64,000 nt of DNA from an uncultured Planctomycetota bacterium (GCA_963719315.1 CAVRBU010000006.1:192001-256000); one strand, 5' to 3'. Positions 42,903 through 54,124 are shown, counted from the stretch's first letter. The notes: generated by a model from the letters alone, not told the origin. Made by a program: numbers and translations.

Positions 42903-44508
42903 GTGTCCCGCGACGTTCCGCGATATCTGGTGCCGTTTCATCCCAAGCGGATTCCGCATCATTTTGCCGATGTGTTGATTATCGGCGGTGGGATTGCCGG
43001 CCTGCGGGCCGCAATGGAAATCGATCCGCGGCTCTCCCTCCTCGTGATCACTAAGGACACGATGGAGCAATCCAATAGTGCGTATGCCCAGGGTGGCATC
43101 GCGAGCGTCATCGATCCGGAAGACAACTTCGCCAGCCACGTGGAAGATACGCTCATCGCGGGGGCGAATCTGTGCGACCGCGAAGTCGTGGATATGGTCG
43201 TGAGCGAAGCGCCGCGACACATCCGCCAATTGATCGAGTGGGGCACGAACTTCGACAAGGAACATGGCGAGCTGATGCTGGGCCGCGAAGGGGGGCATAG
43301 CCATCGCCGCATCGTGCACGCGCTCGGTGACGCGACCGGGCACGAAGTGATGCGGGCCATCATTCAGCGGGTACGATCGAAGGACGACGCCCAGATTTGG
43401 CCCAACACGTTTACGATCGATTTGCTGACGCACGAAGGGCGATGCCGCGGGGCGCTGGTGTGGAATGCCCATCATGGCCGCACGTTTATCTGGGCCAAGC
43501 AGACGATTCTGTGTACCGGGCGGCGCGGGCCAGATTTTTCGGGAAACGACGAACCCGGAAGTCGCGACCGGCGACGGGCACGCCCTGGCGTATCGGGCGG
43601 GGGCCGAGTTGCGCGACATGGAGTTCATGCAATTCCACCCGACCGTGCTCTACATCGCGGGCGGAAGTCGAAGTCTCATTACGGAAGCGATGCGTGGTGA
43701 GGGAGCGCGGCTGATCGATTCGACGGGGCGGCGATTCATGCCGGATTACGATGAACGGGCCGAGCTCGCGCCGCGCGATGTGGTAAGCCAGGCGATCGTC
43801 GAACAAATGGAGAAGACGCGACAGCCGAGCGTGTTTCTGGATTTGAGTCACCTCGAAGCCGATCGCGTTCGCAAGCGGTTTCCAGGAATAAATCGAACGT
43901 GTGCCGAATTCGGCATCGATATCGCAACCGATCCGATTCCGGTGCGACCGGGCGCGCATTACATGATCGGCGGCGTGACGGTCGACCACCAAGGGCAAAC
44001 AACTGTGCCGGGGTTGTGGGCGGCGGGCGAAGTGACGAGCAGTGGGTTGCATGGGGCGAATCGGCTGGCGTCGAACAGTTTGCTGGAGGGCTTGGTGTAT
44101 GGCGCCCATGCCGGCGGTTGCGCATCGGCGCTGGCTTTCGAAGAGCGTGATTCGTTCCACGCGATTCCACTGGAGAACGCTCCAGTGGAAGCACACCGCG
44201 AGCCGCTCGACCTGATCGATATTCGCAATTCGCTGAAAAGCCTGATGTGGCGAGCGGCGGGAGTTCGGCGGGCTGGCCCGCAACTGGCGGATGCGGCTCG
44301 GACCATCCGCCGCTGGTGCGGGTACGTGCTGCCGCGGCAATTGAGCGACCCGGATGGCTGGGAACTGCAAAATATGCTCACCGTGGCGAGCCTGATGGTC
44401 GAGGCCGCACTGGCCCGCGAGGAATCGCGCGGCGTGCATCTGCGGACGGACTTCCCGCAGACCGATGATGCGCACTGGCGGCGGCACCTGGCAGTGACTC
44501 GATCGTAG
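42903..44508 (+). CDS. nadB: L-aspartate oxidase, frameshift near 43520
   Basis: IIGGGIAGL, SAYAQGGIA, REGGHSHRRI, MEFMQFHPT, ELAPRD, GLHGANRLASNSL. Confidence 0.92.
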
Positions 44509-44806
44509 ACGAGTTTCGCCGAAACTCGCATTTTCCCGCGGAAAATCGTGGGCCGTTTGCCGAACCGATCCGGTCTGGCTCGCGTAGCGTGGGTATAGAC
44601 ATCAAACCGCCAAACCGGGTACGCTTCTACCAGCGGGGACCGGCGTGGCGGATGCTGGCCGATCCCATTCGCAATTCTGCCCCTGGGCCGGCCGAAATAT
44701 GGCGACGCCAGCCCCCTGCGACCTCAGGCCAATCCCACCATGCCTGAGCCGAGAGTTTCAGCAACCTCACAAGCTTTAGCCGGTTCACAGAACCACCCCC
44801 CAAATC

Positions 44807-45598
44807 ATGACTTCAATGGCACCCAAAGCGCCCGCCGCGACGGCCAAGAATCCTGGCCCGACGAACGGCGGCTCGGATCGCGCGGCGATGATCGAGGCCG
44901 ACAATCTGTCGAAGTTTTATGGCGACTTCGCGGCCTGCCGCGACGTGACGTTCACGATCTATCGCGGCGAAGTGGCCGCTTTCCTGGGGCCGAATGGCGC
45001 CGGCAAAAGCACGACCATGAAGCTGCTCACGGGCTATCTGGCGCCGTCGGCGGGGACAGCCCGCATCGCCGGGTACAACATGGCGACCCACCGTTTGGAC
45101 GGCGCGAAGCATTTGGGCTACTTGCCGGAAAACGGACCGCTCTATCCCGATATGACGCCGCGGAGCCTGCTCAAGTTTTTTGGGCAGGCGCGGGGGATGT
45201 CGCCGGCACTCCTGGAAGAGCGGATGTCGAAGGTGGTTGATCTATGCAAACTTGGCACGGTGATCGGCAAGCCGATCGGAAAGTTGTCAAAAGGCTTTCG
45301 CCAACGTGTCGGTATGGCTCAAGTGCTGTTGCACGAGCCGGACGTATTGATCCTCGACGAGCCGACGTCCGGTCTCGATCCGAACCAGATTCGCGAGGTC
45401 CGCGATACGATTCGTCGGATTGGCGAGACGAAGGCGATCTTGCTCTCGACGCACATCCTGCAAGAAGTGGGAGCGATGTGCAACCGCGTGATTTTCATCG
45501 ACTCTGGCCGGCTGAAATTCGACGGTCGGCCAAGCGAGTTTGCGGCCGAGGAGACGAACTTCGACGAGCGGTTCCACCAACTTACGAGCACGCATTGA
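44807..45598 (+). CDS. ABC transporter ATP-binding protein (GldA-like)
   Basis: GPNGAGKST, LSKGFRQRV, LILDEPT. Confidence 0.9.
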   Translation: MTSMAPKAPAATAKNPGPTNGGSDRAAMIEADNLSKFYGDFAACRDVTFTIYRGEVAAFLGPNGAGKSTTMKLLTGYLAPSAGTARIAGYNMATHRLDGAKHLGYLPENGPLYPDMTPRSLLKFFGQARGMSPALLEERMSKVVDLCKLGTVIGKPIGKLSKGFRQRVGMAQVLLHEPDVLILDEPTSGLDPNQIREVRDTIRRIGETKAILLSTHILQEVGAMCNRVIFIDSGRLKFDGRPSEFAAEETNFDERFHQLTSTH

Positions 45599-45717
45599 TG
45601 TGTAAATTCACGGAGGCAGAGTCAAGATAATCCAAACTTAAACCCCTTGCAGCATTGCCGGCCGATTTTCTCCTTCCGACACCTGAAACCTGAAACCTGA
45701 CACCTGAAACCTATCTT

Positions 45718-48603
45718 ATGAACTGGACCGTCCTCAAAGCGATTTTTCGCCGGGATTTCGTCAGCTATTTTTCCAATCCCACGGGCTACGTTTTCATTTG
45801 CGTGTTCGTGATGCTGAGCGCGCTGGCCGCGTTCTGGCCGCCCGACTTTTTTAGCAACAACCTGGCAAATCTGGACCAGCTCAATAAGTGGCTACCGTTC
45901 ATTTTGCTGGTGTTCATTCCGGCCATCACGATGAGCATCTGGGCCGAGGAGCGGCGGCAGCACACCGATGAGCTGCTGCTCACGCTGCCGGCCAGCGACA
46001 TGGATGTGGTTTTGGGCAAGTACCTGGCCAGCGTGGCGATTTACACGGTCGCGCTATTGTTTTCGATGTTCTCGATCTATCTCGTGTTCAGCTACGGCCT
46101 GGGCACGCCCGACACGGGTTTGTTCATCGGCACGTATATTGGTTACTGGTTCGTCGGGATCGCGATGCTGTCGATCGGTATGGTGGCGTCGTTCTTGACG
46201 GGCAATCTGACCGTAGGCTTCATCCTGGGCATGGTGTTCAACGCGCCCTTGGCGATGTTCGGCGTGGCCGATTGGATTATCAAAAATCCGCAGCTTGCTC
46301 AGGCCGTCAGGCGTTGGAGCGCGCTCGAGCAATTTCGAGACTTCGAACGCGGAGTAATCAGCTTAAGCGGCATCAGCTACTTCGTGATGATCGCGATCGT
46401 GATGCTGTACATCAGCATGGTGCTCATCGGCCGGCGGCATTGGGGCGGGCGCGAAGAAGATGAATCGATGTGGGCGCATTATCTGGCCCGCGCGCTGGGG
46501 CTGATGGCCCTGGCGGTCGGCGTGAATCTCGTGCTCTCGCACCATAGCGTGTGGTGGGCCGATGTGACGAGCGAGCAAATCAACAAGCCTTCGCCGAAGA
46601 CGAGCGAGCTGGTCAAGCAGCTTCGCGGCGACGACAAGGTCAAGACGATCAAAATCGACGCGTATGTCAGCCCGCAAATGCCGGCCGAATATGCGGCCCA
46701 CAAGCTCAATTTCCTCTCCACACTTTCGGAGTTGAGTTCGCTCAGTGGCGGAAAAATCGTCGTCGACGTTCACGAGATTGAAAACTTCAGCGAAGAGGCG
46801 GCCAACGCCCAGAAGGATTTTGGAATCGAGCCGCGGGAAGTTCTTACCATCGATCGAGGCGCCCATAAGAAGGATGAGATTTTTCTGGGCGCCGCGATCA
46901 CATCCGGGTTGGACCGAGTCGTGATACCGTTCATCGACAAGGGCATCCCGATCGAATACGAGCTGGTGCGCTCGATTTGCACGGTCGCCCAGCAGCAGCG
47001 GAAGAAGCTCGGCGTGGTGAAGACCGATGTGCAATTATTCGGCGGGTTCTCGATGCAGGGACAGAGCGAGGAGTCGCCGTTGGTGGCGGAATTGAAGAAA
47101 CAGTACGACGTGGTGGAAGTCGATCCGTCGAAACCGATCAGGGACCGGTACGATGTGATGCTGGCCGTGCAGCCGTCGAGTCTCAATCCGGAGTCGATGA
47201 AGAACTTCATCGCCGCGGTGAAAACGGGACAGCCGACGGCGATTTTCGAGGATCCACTGCCGCTTTCGCAGGGTGAAGTGGTCGGCACTTCGCAGCCGAA
47301 GCGGCCGCCCGGTGGCCCAATGGCCATGTTCGGCGGCGGCGGGCCGCCCGAGCCCAAGGGCGATATCTCTGAGTTATGGAAGTTGCTCGGTGTGGAAATG
47401 TATGGCGATGAAATCGTCTGGCAGGACTTCAATCCAGAGAAAAAGCTGGGGCAGTTCTTGCCTCGCGAGTTGGTGTTCGTGGATGAATCGCTCGAAACGC
47501 AAGGCACTCCACATCCGTTCGATCCAGACGATCCGATCTCTGCCGACATGCGTCAGCTTCTGTTCTTATGGGCGGGATCGTTCCGGCCCGCGGAAGGATC
47601 GAAGGTCGATTTCCACAAACTGGCGGTCACTGGAACCAACAGCGGCACGATCAACTACCAGGACGCGGAAATGTCGCTCCGTGCGGGATCAATGGCAGGC
47701 GTGCGGCGCACGACCACTCATGAGCCGTACATTCTTGCGGCCCACGTGAAAGGCAAGCCCGCGGCCGACGCCGGTTTGTACCTTTCCGACAAGGATGGCA
47801 AGAAAGCTAACGCCGTTGACGCGTCGAAAAAAGATGCCGCGAAAACGGATGCGGCGAAAACCGAAGCCACGCAGGACGGCAAGCCGGCCGAAAATGCGAA
47901 GGCGGCCGAAGACGACGCATTAGCGGGCAAGGAACCGGAAAAAACCGAGCTCAATGTCGTGCTGGTGGCCGATATCGATTGGATTCTGGCACCGGATATC
48001 TATCGGATTCGTGCAGCCGGCAGCGACCAGGACGATTCGTCCCAAATCGACTTCAAATTTCAGAACATCCCATTCGCGCTGAACATTCTCGACTCGCTGG
48101 CCGGCGACGACCGCTTCATCGATCTGCGAAAGCGGACGCGGTCACATCGGATTTTGACCAAAGTGGAAGAGGCGACCGAGGATCAGCGGCGGGCGTCGCT
48201 GGACGAGCAGTCCAAGTTCTTCAACGAGGCGAAGCAACAAATCGAGGCGGCTCAAGCCGACGTTCGCAAGAAGTTGGCGGACCTGGACGCCCGCACCGAT
48301 CTCGACCCGCGGGTGAAGGATTTGATGATGCAGCGGGAGCAGATTCGTCTCGAGCGGACCAGCAAAGTCCAAGTTACCTCGTTCGAGAAGGATCGAGATA
48401 AGAAAATCAAGCAGAGCGAGCGAGAGCTGGCGGCGAAGATTGGCAGCGTGCAGAACAACTACAAGTTACTGGCCGTGCTACTGCCGCCGATACCGCCGAT
48501 TCTGTTGGCGTTCTTCGTGTATTTCCATCGCCGCAAGGCAGAGCGGGAAGGCGTCGATGCACGCCGGCTTCGCTATGGTCGAACGAGCGAAAAAGCGGCG
48601 TAG
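45718..48603 (+). CDS. GldF-like permease fused to GldG-like domain
   Basis: SYFSNPTGYVF, PAITMSIWAEERR, then large extracytoplasmic domain with VVLVADID and a C-terminal TM helix. Confidence 0.85.
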   Translation: MNWTVLKAIFRRDFVSYFSNPTGYVFICVFVMLSALAAFWPPDFFSNNLANLDQLNKWLPFILLVFIPAITMSIWAEERRQHTDELLLTLPASDMDVVLGKYLASVAIYTVALLFSMFSIYLVFSYGLGTPDTGLFIGTYIGYWFVGIAMLSIGMVASFLTGNLTVGFILGMVFNAPLAMFGVADWIIKNPQLAQAVRRWSALEQFRDFERGVISLSGISYFVMIAIVMLYISMVLIGRRHWGGREEDESMWAHYLARALGLMALAVGVNLVLSHHSVWWADVTSEQINKPSPKTSELVKQLRGDDKVKTIKIDAYVSPQMPAEYAAHKLNFLSTLSELSSLSGGKIVVDVHEIENFSEEAANAQKDFGIEPREVLTIDRGAHKKDEIFLGAAITSGLDRVVIPFIDKGIPIEYELVRSICTVAQQQRKKLGVVKTDVQLFGGFSMQGQSEESPLVAELKKQYDVVEVDPSKPIRDRYDVMLAVQPSSLNPESMKNFIAAVKTGQPTAIFEDPLPLSQGEVVGTSQPKRPPGGPMAMFGGGGPPEPKGDISELWKLLGVEMYGDEIVWQDFNPEKKLGQFLPRELVFVDESLETQGTPHPFDPDDPISADMRQLLFLWAGSFRPAEGSKVDFHKLAVTGTNSGTINYQDAEMSLRAGSMAGVRRTTTHEPYILAAHVKGKPAADAGLYLSDKDGKKANAVDASKKDAAKTDAAKTEATQDGKPAENAKAAEDDALAGKEPEKTELNVVLVADIDWILAPDIYRIRAAGSDQDDSSQIDFKFQNIPFALNILDSLAGDDRFIDLRKRTRSHRILTKVEEATEDQRRASLDEQSKFFNEAKQQIEAAQADVRKKLADLDARTDLDPRVKDLMMQREQIRLERTSKVQVTSFEKDRDKKIKQSERELAAKIGSVQNNYKLLAVLLPPIPPILLAFFVYFHRRKAEREGVDARRLRYGRTSEKAA

Positions 48604-48768
48604 GTCGGCGAACTGAAACAAAGTTTTAGCAATAAGATTTATCACGAAGAACACAAAGAAATGAGTATTGGTCATTGGTCATTGGTCATTGGTCATTTTC
48701 TTCGTGTCCTCAGTGCTCTTCGTGGTTCATTCCTAGCCGACATTATTTGTCGGCGGAGTATATGAGTT

Positions 48769-50682
48769 ATGAGTGAAAACGCAAAAACGATGACGTTTGT
48801 CGGTGTGGGGCTGTGCGCGATCTTGCTCGGGTTTGTGACGGCGCCGTCATCGGCCGAGGTGGATGAAGCGTCTTTGAGCGGCGTGAATTTAACGAAAAAC
48901 TTCAAGGATCCCGATGAGGCCAAGCGGCTGCGAATCGTGCGGTTCGATGAGGACACGGCGACGCTCCGCGAGTTCGAGGTTGCCGAGCAGGACGGCCTGT
49001 GGACGATTCCGTCCAAGAACAACTACCCGGCCGACGCGGCGAAACAAATGGCCGAGGCGGCCACGTCGCTCATGGACCGCAAGATTCTGCACGTGGCCAG
49101 CAAGAACGCCGGCGAACACGAACAGTACGGCGTGATCGATCCGCTGTCGCCGAAGTTGGAGGCGGGGCAAAAGGGGGTCGGCACGCGGGTCACGATGTCC
49201 GATGCTCAAGGCAAACCGCTGGTCGATCTCATCGTCGGTAAGCCGGTGCGCGATGCCGAGGGCCAGCGATACGTCCGCGAGGCGGACCACGGCGTGGTCT
49301 ACGTTGTCGAAATCGACCCGTCGAAGTTGTCAACCAATTTCGAGGACTGGATCGAGAAGGATTTGCTGAAACTCAATGCGTGGGATTTGCAGCAGGTGGA
49401 TGTGAAGGATTATTCGGCCGAGATGGGGCTGGTGCGAGCCCCCGACGGTCGGCCGTCGATCGGCGTGGCGTGGGACCCGCGGTCGGATATTACGGTGGCC
49501 TACAACGACGCGGATGCCAAGTGGACGCCGGTGAAACTGCGGAAGTTTGATCCTAAAAAAGGGAAGGACGGCGAGTACGTTGATTTTACGCTGGCGGGGG
49601 ATGAGGAACTGAACGACACGACGTTGAACGCGCTCAAGACCGCGCTCGACGATTTGAAGATCGTGGACGTGAAGCGCAAGCCCCAGGGACTCAGCGATAA
49701 TCTCAAGGCCGGCGCGGAATTCACGAACAATCCCGAAGCCTTTCAGGATTTGATGTCGAAGGGCTTCGCCGCGATGGCAACGCCGGAGGGCGGAGCACAA
49801 GATATTATTTCCAGCGACGGCGAAGTCATTGCAACGATGAAAAATGGCGCCGAGTACGTGCTGCGGTTCGGCAATCTGACGAATGTCGCGGGCAGCCAGG
49901 ACAAGGACAAGGACGAGAAGGCGGCGGAAAAGTCCGGCGGACCGGCCGGCAAAGACAAAAAACCCGCCAAGACCGACGTGCATCGCTATTTGTTCGTCAT
50001 GGCGCGGTTCAACAAAGACGCGGTCAAGCGGCCCGAGTTGGTGAAGCTGCCCGAGTTACCGGCGAAGACCGAAGCCAAAGCCGAGCCAGCCGCGCCTGCG
50101 AAAGAGGGTGAGGCTGCCGAAAAGAAGGAGGACGCCGCGAAGAAGACCGACGCTGCGGACAAGAAATCAGATGCCGCCGAGGCGAAGAAGGACGAAGCCG
50201 ATAAGAAGAAGGATGATGCCGCGGCTACTCCGCCGGCGAAGACGGACGAGACTGCCAAGGCAGACGAGACAACGAAGGATAAACCGGCCCCGGCCGACGC
50301 GGCAAAGGCTGCCGAGGGCGCGGAGAAAAAGGATGGCACCGCTGCGAAGGGCGGCGCAGAATCCGATAAGGAGATCGAGAAAGTCATCGCCGAGCGGAAG
50401 CAGATCGAAAAGGAAAACCAGCGCAAGCTGGATGAGTACGATGCACTCTTGAAAAAGGGCCAGGCAAGTGTGAAGGACCTGAACCTACGGTTTGGTGATT
50501 GGTATTTCGTCGTGAATGACGATGTGTTCCAGAAGGTGCGCCTCAGCCGCGATAAGATCATCAAGAATAAGGAAACGAAAACCGAAGGCGCGGCCAAGAA
50601 TGGCAAGGACGCCGCAGCGCCACCCGCCGGCATCCCGGGCCTGCCGGAGATTCCAGGCGCGAGCAAGTCGGGCGACAAGTAG
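48769..50682 (+). CDS. DUF4340 domain protein with Ala/Lys/Asp-rich linker
   Basis: NYPAD, DLIVGK, YVRE, DWIEKDLL; follows the GldAFG-like genes. Confidence 0.8.
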   Translation: MSENAKTMTFVGVGLCAILLGFVTAPSSAEVDEASLSGVNLTKNFKDPDEAKRLRIVRFDEDTATLREFEVAEQDGLWTIPSKNNYPADAAKQMAEAATSLMDRKILHVASKNAGEHEQYGVIDPLSPKLEAGQKGVGTRVTMSDAQGKPLVDLIVGKPVRDAEGQRYVREADHGVVYVVEIDPSKLSTNFEDWIEKDLLKLNAWDLQQVDVKDYSAEMGLVRAPDGRPSIGVAWDPRSDITVAYNDADAKWTPVKLRKFDPKKGKDGEYVDFTLAGDEELNDTTLNALKTALDDLKIVDVKRKPQGLSDNLKAGAEFTNNPEAFQDLMSKGFAAMATPEGGAQDIISSDGEVIATMKNGAEYVLRFGNLTNVAGSQDKDKDEKAAEKSGGPAGKDKKPAKTDVHRYLFVMARFNKDAVKRPELVKLPELPAKTEAKAEPAAPAKEGEAAEKKEDAAKKTDAADKKSDAAEAKKDEADKKKDDAAATPPAKTDETAKADETTKDKPAPADAAKAAEGAEKKDGTAAKGGAESDKEIEKVIAERKQIEKENQRKLDEYDALLKKGQASVKDLNLRFGDWYFVVNDDVFQKVRLSRDKIIKNKETKTEGAAKNGKDAAAPPAGIPGLPEIPGASKSGDK

Positions 50683-50729
50683 TTTTCACGGAACAGGCGA
50701 CAGCCTCTCTGGCTTAGAGTTAGCGAATA

Positions 50730-50817
50730 GGTGGCATGCTTTCCCGCCGCGGCGGGTAAGCATGTGTCCGAGCTTCGCCATCATGCTCACGTTGCTAACG
50801 CGAGGAGAGCATGGCAC
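50730..50817. repeat. GGTGCCATGCT-type palindromic doublet
   Basis: GGTGGCATGCTT..AAGCATG..CATGCTC..GAGCATGGCAC between convergent genes. Confidence 0.6.
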
Positions 50818-50831
50818 TCAAGCGCCTCGCT

Positions 50832-51158
50832 TTATCGGGGCTCCGCTTCTTGCCCCAGTTCGCGCAGCGATTCCAGCGTGTAAATGCCCGTGTTATGGCC
50901 GTCGCTGAAATCGATCGAGTAGGCATAGTTGCCCACGGGTTTCATGGCCGTAATTCGTAGGGGCTGGGCTTCGGCGGCCGAGAGGATGGGGAGTTGCAAA
51001 GGCGAGGGCGGCGGGGCGTTGCGTTTCTCGCGGCAGGTGGCGCAGGGGCATTTATCGCGTAACTCGCGCAGCGAATAGTCGCGCGTTTGGCCGTCGCTCC
51101 AAGTGATGCGAAGGCGGTTGCTTTCAACGAGCTCAAGCTTTGTTGGTTGGGCGGTCAT
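50832..51158 (-). CDS. DUF971 (gamma-butyrobetaine hydroxylase N-terminal-like) protein
   Basis: ITWSDG, LRDKCPCATC, VGNYA, FSDGHNTGIY. Confidence 0.88.
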   Translation of the reverse strand: MTAQPTKLELVESNRLRITWSDGQTRDYSLRELRDKCPCATCREKRNAPPPSPLQLPILSAAEAQPLRITAMKPVGNYAYSIDFSDGHNTGIYTLESLRELGQEAEPR

Positions 51159-51209
51159 ATTAATGATGCAAGACTAGGAGCCAAGAAGAGGGGGAGACAA
51201 GGAGAATTG

Positions 51210-52580
51210 TTACCCTACATCTTCTCCATGTCTCCTTGTCTCCCCCTCTCTTTGTCTTTCCGTCAGCCGTTCGTCGATGAAGCGTTGGCCCTTGCCTTCG
51301 AAGCGGGGAAGCGAGAGGGCAGGGACGCAGCGGACCTCGAATTTCAATCCTAGTCTTAGCTGTAATTCCTGGGCGATGCGAGCCGGCTGTTGCAGGTGAT
51401 CTTCCACCTCGACGATCAGCTCGTCCATCGCGCCGTGTTTGCGGGCGGTCAGGCGGTACTCGACGACTTCCGGAAAGCTGTGCAGGATTTGCTCGATTGC
51501 GGTCGGGTAAACATTCATGCCGCGGACAATCATCATATCGTCCGCGCGGCCGACAATGCCGCCCTCGAGCAGCACGAAGCGGCAGGATTCACCGGCTCCC
51601 CTCCCTTGTAGGGAGAGGCCGGGGGAGGGTTCGTTCCAAACGGGCCGAACGAGGTCGCCCGTGCGATAGCGGATGATCGGCGAGCCGATCCGGCCAAGCG
51701 TAGTAAGAATCAAGTGCGACAGTTCGCCTTCCCGCGCGGGATGACCTGTGGCCACGGACACGAACTCGGCGATGAAGTGGGCTTCGTTGACATAAAGCCC
51801 GCGGCCCTCGCGATCGGCGAATCCCCAGGGGCCGACTTCGGTTGCGCCGCCGTGATCGACGAGTCGCGCGCCCCAAGCGGTTTCGATCCGCTCGCGCGTG
51901 GCGGGCACGCTGCCGCCGGGCTCACCGGCAACGATGATCTTTTCGACCGCCAACCCAGCCAGATCGATGTGATGTTCAGCGGCCACTTCGGCGAGCCGCA
52001 ACGCATACGTCGGCGTGCAGAGCAGGGTGGTTACTCGGGCGCTGCGAATCAATTCGATACGAGACAAGCTGCCTAGGCCGCCGCCGGGGATGACGAGTGC
52101 ACCGCGGGCCACGAGCGCATCGAACGCGCTCCAAAAGCCAATGAACGGCCCGAATGAAAACGCGAGCAGAGCGCGGTCGCTCGGCGTGACTTCGGCCGCA
52201 TCGAGCACGAACTGCCAGGCGTCGATCCACCACCGCCAATCGTCGGCCGTATCGACGACGACCAGCGGCCGGCCGCGCGTGCCGGAAGTTTGGTGACAGC
52301 GAACGTACTGGTTGATTGGAAACGTGCGATTGGCGGCAAATGGTTCGTCGCCCGCGGCCGGTTGCAGCTCCTCTTTCGTGGTCAGCGGCAGCGATGCGAG
52401 TTGGTCGAGGGTTTCAAGCCGCGTCGGGCAGATAGCCAACTTGCGTTGGTAGAAGGCGTTATGCGGCAGGATCACTGCTAGCAGCCGATTGAGTTTTTCC
52501 AACTGCAACTGGGCGAGCGCGGGCCGATCGAGCTGCGTGATTTGGCGGCGTTCTTCCGAGGATGTGGTCATTGCAGTCAT
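51210..52580 (-). CDS. Phenylacetate-CoA ligase family (PaaK-like) adenylate-forming enzyme
   Basis: LPLTTKEEL, QTSGTRG, AGEPGG, GATEVG, IRYRTGD, GRADDMMIVRGMNVYP. Confidence 0.85.
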   Translation of the reverse strand: MTAMTTSSEERRQITQLDRPALAQLQLEKLNRLLAVILPHNAFYQRKLAICPTRLETLDQLASLPLTTKEELQPAAGDEPFAANRTFPINQYVRCHQTSGTRGRPLVVVDTADDWRWWIDAWQFVLDAAEVTPSDRALLAFSFGPFIGFWSAFDALVARGALVIPGGGLGSLSRIELIRSARVTTLLCTPTYALRLAEVAAEHHIDLAGLAVEKIIVAGEPGGSVPATRERIETAWGARLVDHGGATEVGPWGFADREGRGLYVNEAHFIAEFVSVATGHPAREGELSHLILTTLGRIGSPIIRYRTGDLVRPVWNEPSPGLSLQGRGAGESCRFVLLEGGIVGRADDMMIVRGMNVYPTAIEQILHSFPEVVEYRLTARKHGAMDELIVEVEDHLQQPARIAQELQLRLGLKFEVRCVPALSLPRFEGKGQRFIDERLTERQREGETRRHGEDVG

Positions 52581-52612
52581 AAAGCCGCGGCCGGCGGTCG
52601 CGGCTTTATGCA

Positions 52613-53890
52613 TTAGTTGGTCGCCGGTGGGCCGATGCAGTACAGCGACGATACGGTCCGTACGTAGAGCCGGTGATTGGCGACGGCCGGCGTCGCGATG
52701 CAGGGCTCGTTCACCGAGTTTCGTGCCAGGACTTTGAATTCTTTATCGGCAGCGAGCACCACCGCGTCGCCAGCGCGAGAGCAATTGATAATGCGATCAC
52801 CGATGCGGATCGGTGAGCTGTGGAAGTCACCCCCCACGCGCTCGCGCCAGTGTTGCTTGCCGGTGGGGACATCGTAGCAAGACACGACGCCGCGATCGCT
52901 CCAGACAAAAAGCAAATCACCCGCGACGACCGACGTGGGCACTTGCGGAGTGTTCTGCTTCAGTCGGTAGACTTCGGTCGTCGGCGACGTTGGGTTGCCG
53001 GGTCGCACGGCGAGTAATAGCTTGCCATTGCCGCCTTGGCCGCAACCGGCAAACACCATTCCATTGGCGACGATCGGCGACCCCACGCAACGTTGGTCAA
53101 ATTCATCTTTGAAGCTCTCCCAGGCGACCTTGCCTGATTTGGCAACGATGGCCGTCAGCCCGGAGGCGGTGCTGGAAGTGATTAGAAGCTTGTTGGGCGC
53201 GTTCGGATCCAACAGGCAGGGGGTGGCAAACGAAGTGATGCCCGACTCGCGGGGAAGCCGCCAGCGGACTTCGCCCGTTTTTCCGTCGAAAGCCGTGACC
53301 GAACTTTCGGCGCCGCTGTTGTTGGCCACGATCACCAGATCGTCGACGACGATGGGCGAATTGCCGTAACCGTGAATTTCCTTGAACGGCCCGACATCGC
53401 GGCGCCAGAGCACTTCGCCCGCGTGGGTTAGCGCGGCGAGCGTGACCTGGCCGCCAGTAAGCCACAGGACGTACAGACGCTCGGCATCGACCGCGGGCGT
53501 GCTCGATGCAAGGCTGTTGAGGTCGTTGATATGGTACTTGGACGCTTCCAGCTTCTTTTTCCACAAGGGCGCACCGGTGCCGGCATCAAAGGCAGATACG
53601 ATTTGCTCGCCCGTGGCGGTATCCGCGGAGACGAGAAAGAGTTTGCTGTCCCAAATCACGGGCGAACTGTGACCGATGCCGGGGAGCGATTGCTTCCAGA
53701 GAAAGTTGGATTCCTCCCACGTGGTTGGGATCGTGGAGTCATTGCTTTGGCCTGCGCCGTTCGGGCCGCGGAAACGGTCCCAATTTTCGGCGGGAGCCGT
53801 GCTTGAAATCGCTGCGCTGGCTACGAGTGCGACGCACAGTAGTGTCTCACGCAAAGGCGCAAAGGCGCGAAAAATGGGGGAGCTTGGCAT
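52613..53890 (-). CDS. PQQ-binding-like beta-propeller (BamB-like) protein; start uncertain
   Basis: ENWDRFRGPNGAG, LPGIGHSSPVIW, repeated TG..W blades, ATPAVAN..LYVRT. Confidence 0.85.
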   Translation of the reverse strand: MPSSPIFRAFAPLRETLLCVALVASAAISSTAPAENWDRFRGPNGAGQSNDSTIPTTWEESNFLWKQSLPGIGHSSPVIWDSKLFLVSADTATGEQIVSAFDAGTGAPLWKKKLEASKYHINDLNSLASSTPAVDAERLYVLWLTGGQVTLAALTHAGEVLWRRDVGPFKEIHGYGNSPIVVDDLVIVANNSGAESSVTAFDGKTGEVRWRLPRESGITSFATPCLLDPNAPNKLLITSSTASGLTAIVAKSGKVAWESFKDEFDQRCVGSPIVANGMVFAGCGQGGNGKLLLAVRPGNPTSPTTEVYRLKQNTPQVPTSVVAGDLLFVWSDRGVVSCYDVPTGKQHWRERVGGDFHSSPIRIGDRIINCSRAGDAVVLAADKEFKVLARNSVNEPCIATPAVANHRLYVRTVSSLYCIGPPATN

Positions 53891-54102
53891 GAGGATGGAG
53901 CGAGTCATGGTTTTTGAATGTTGCGCACGAAGTTGATTTTTCGATCCAATATTCGTAGATCTCGGGGGTTGCGCGACTTTTGGAGCGCGCGAGTTGCATT
54001 CGGTACAGAAGTTGTTCGTTGCGATTGGTATGATTGTCGCACGGGGCAACGGAGGTTTTCCATTGTATCCGAACGGCCGGCAGCCTAGCAGGTCAACCCG
54101 CA

Positions 54103-54124
54103 TAAAGGGGACGGGAGTCATTTC
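54103..54124 (+). repeat. Island repeat R1 TAAAGGGGACGGGAGTCATTTC
   Basis: Read directly; 36 bp upstream of the transposase ATG. Confidence 0.9.

Noticed and set aside
44807..50682. Gliding motility system from GldA/F/G-like genes
   Set aside because: These ABC modules are widespread, and no other gliding or T9SS genes are present here.
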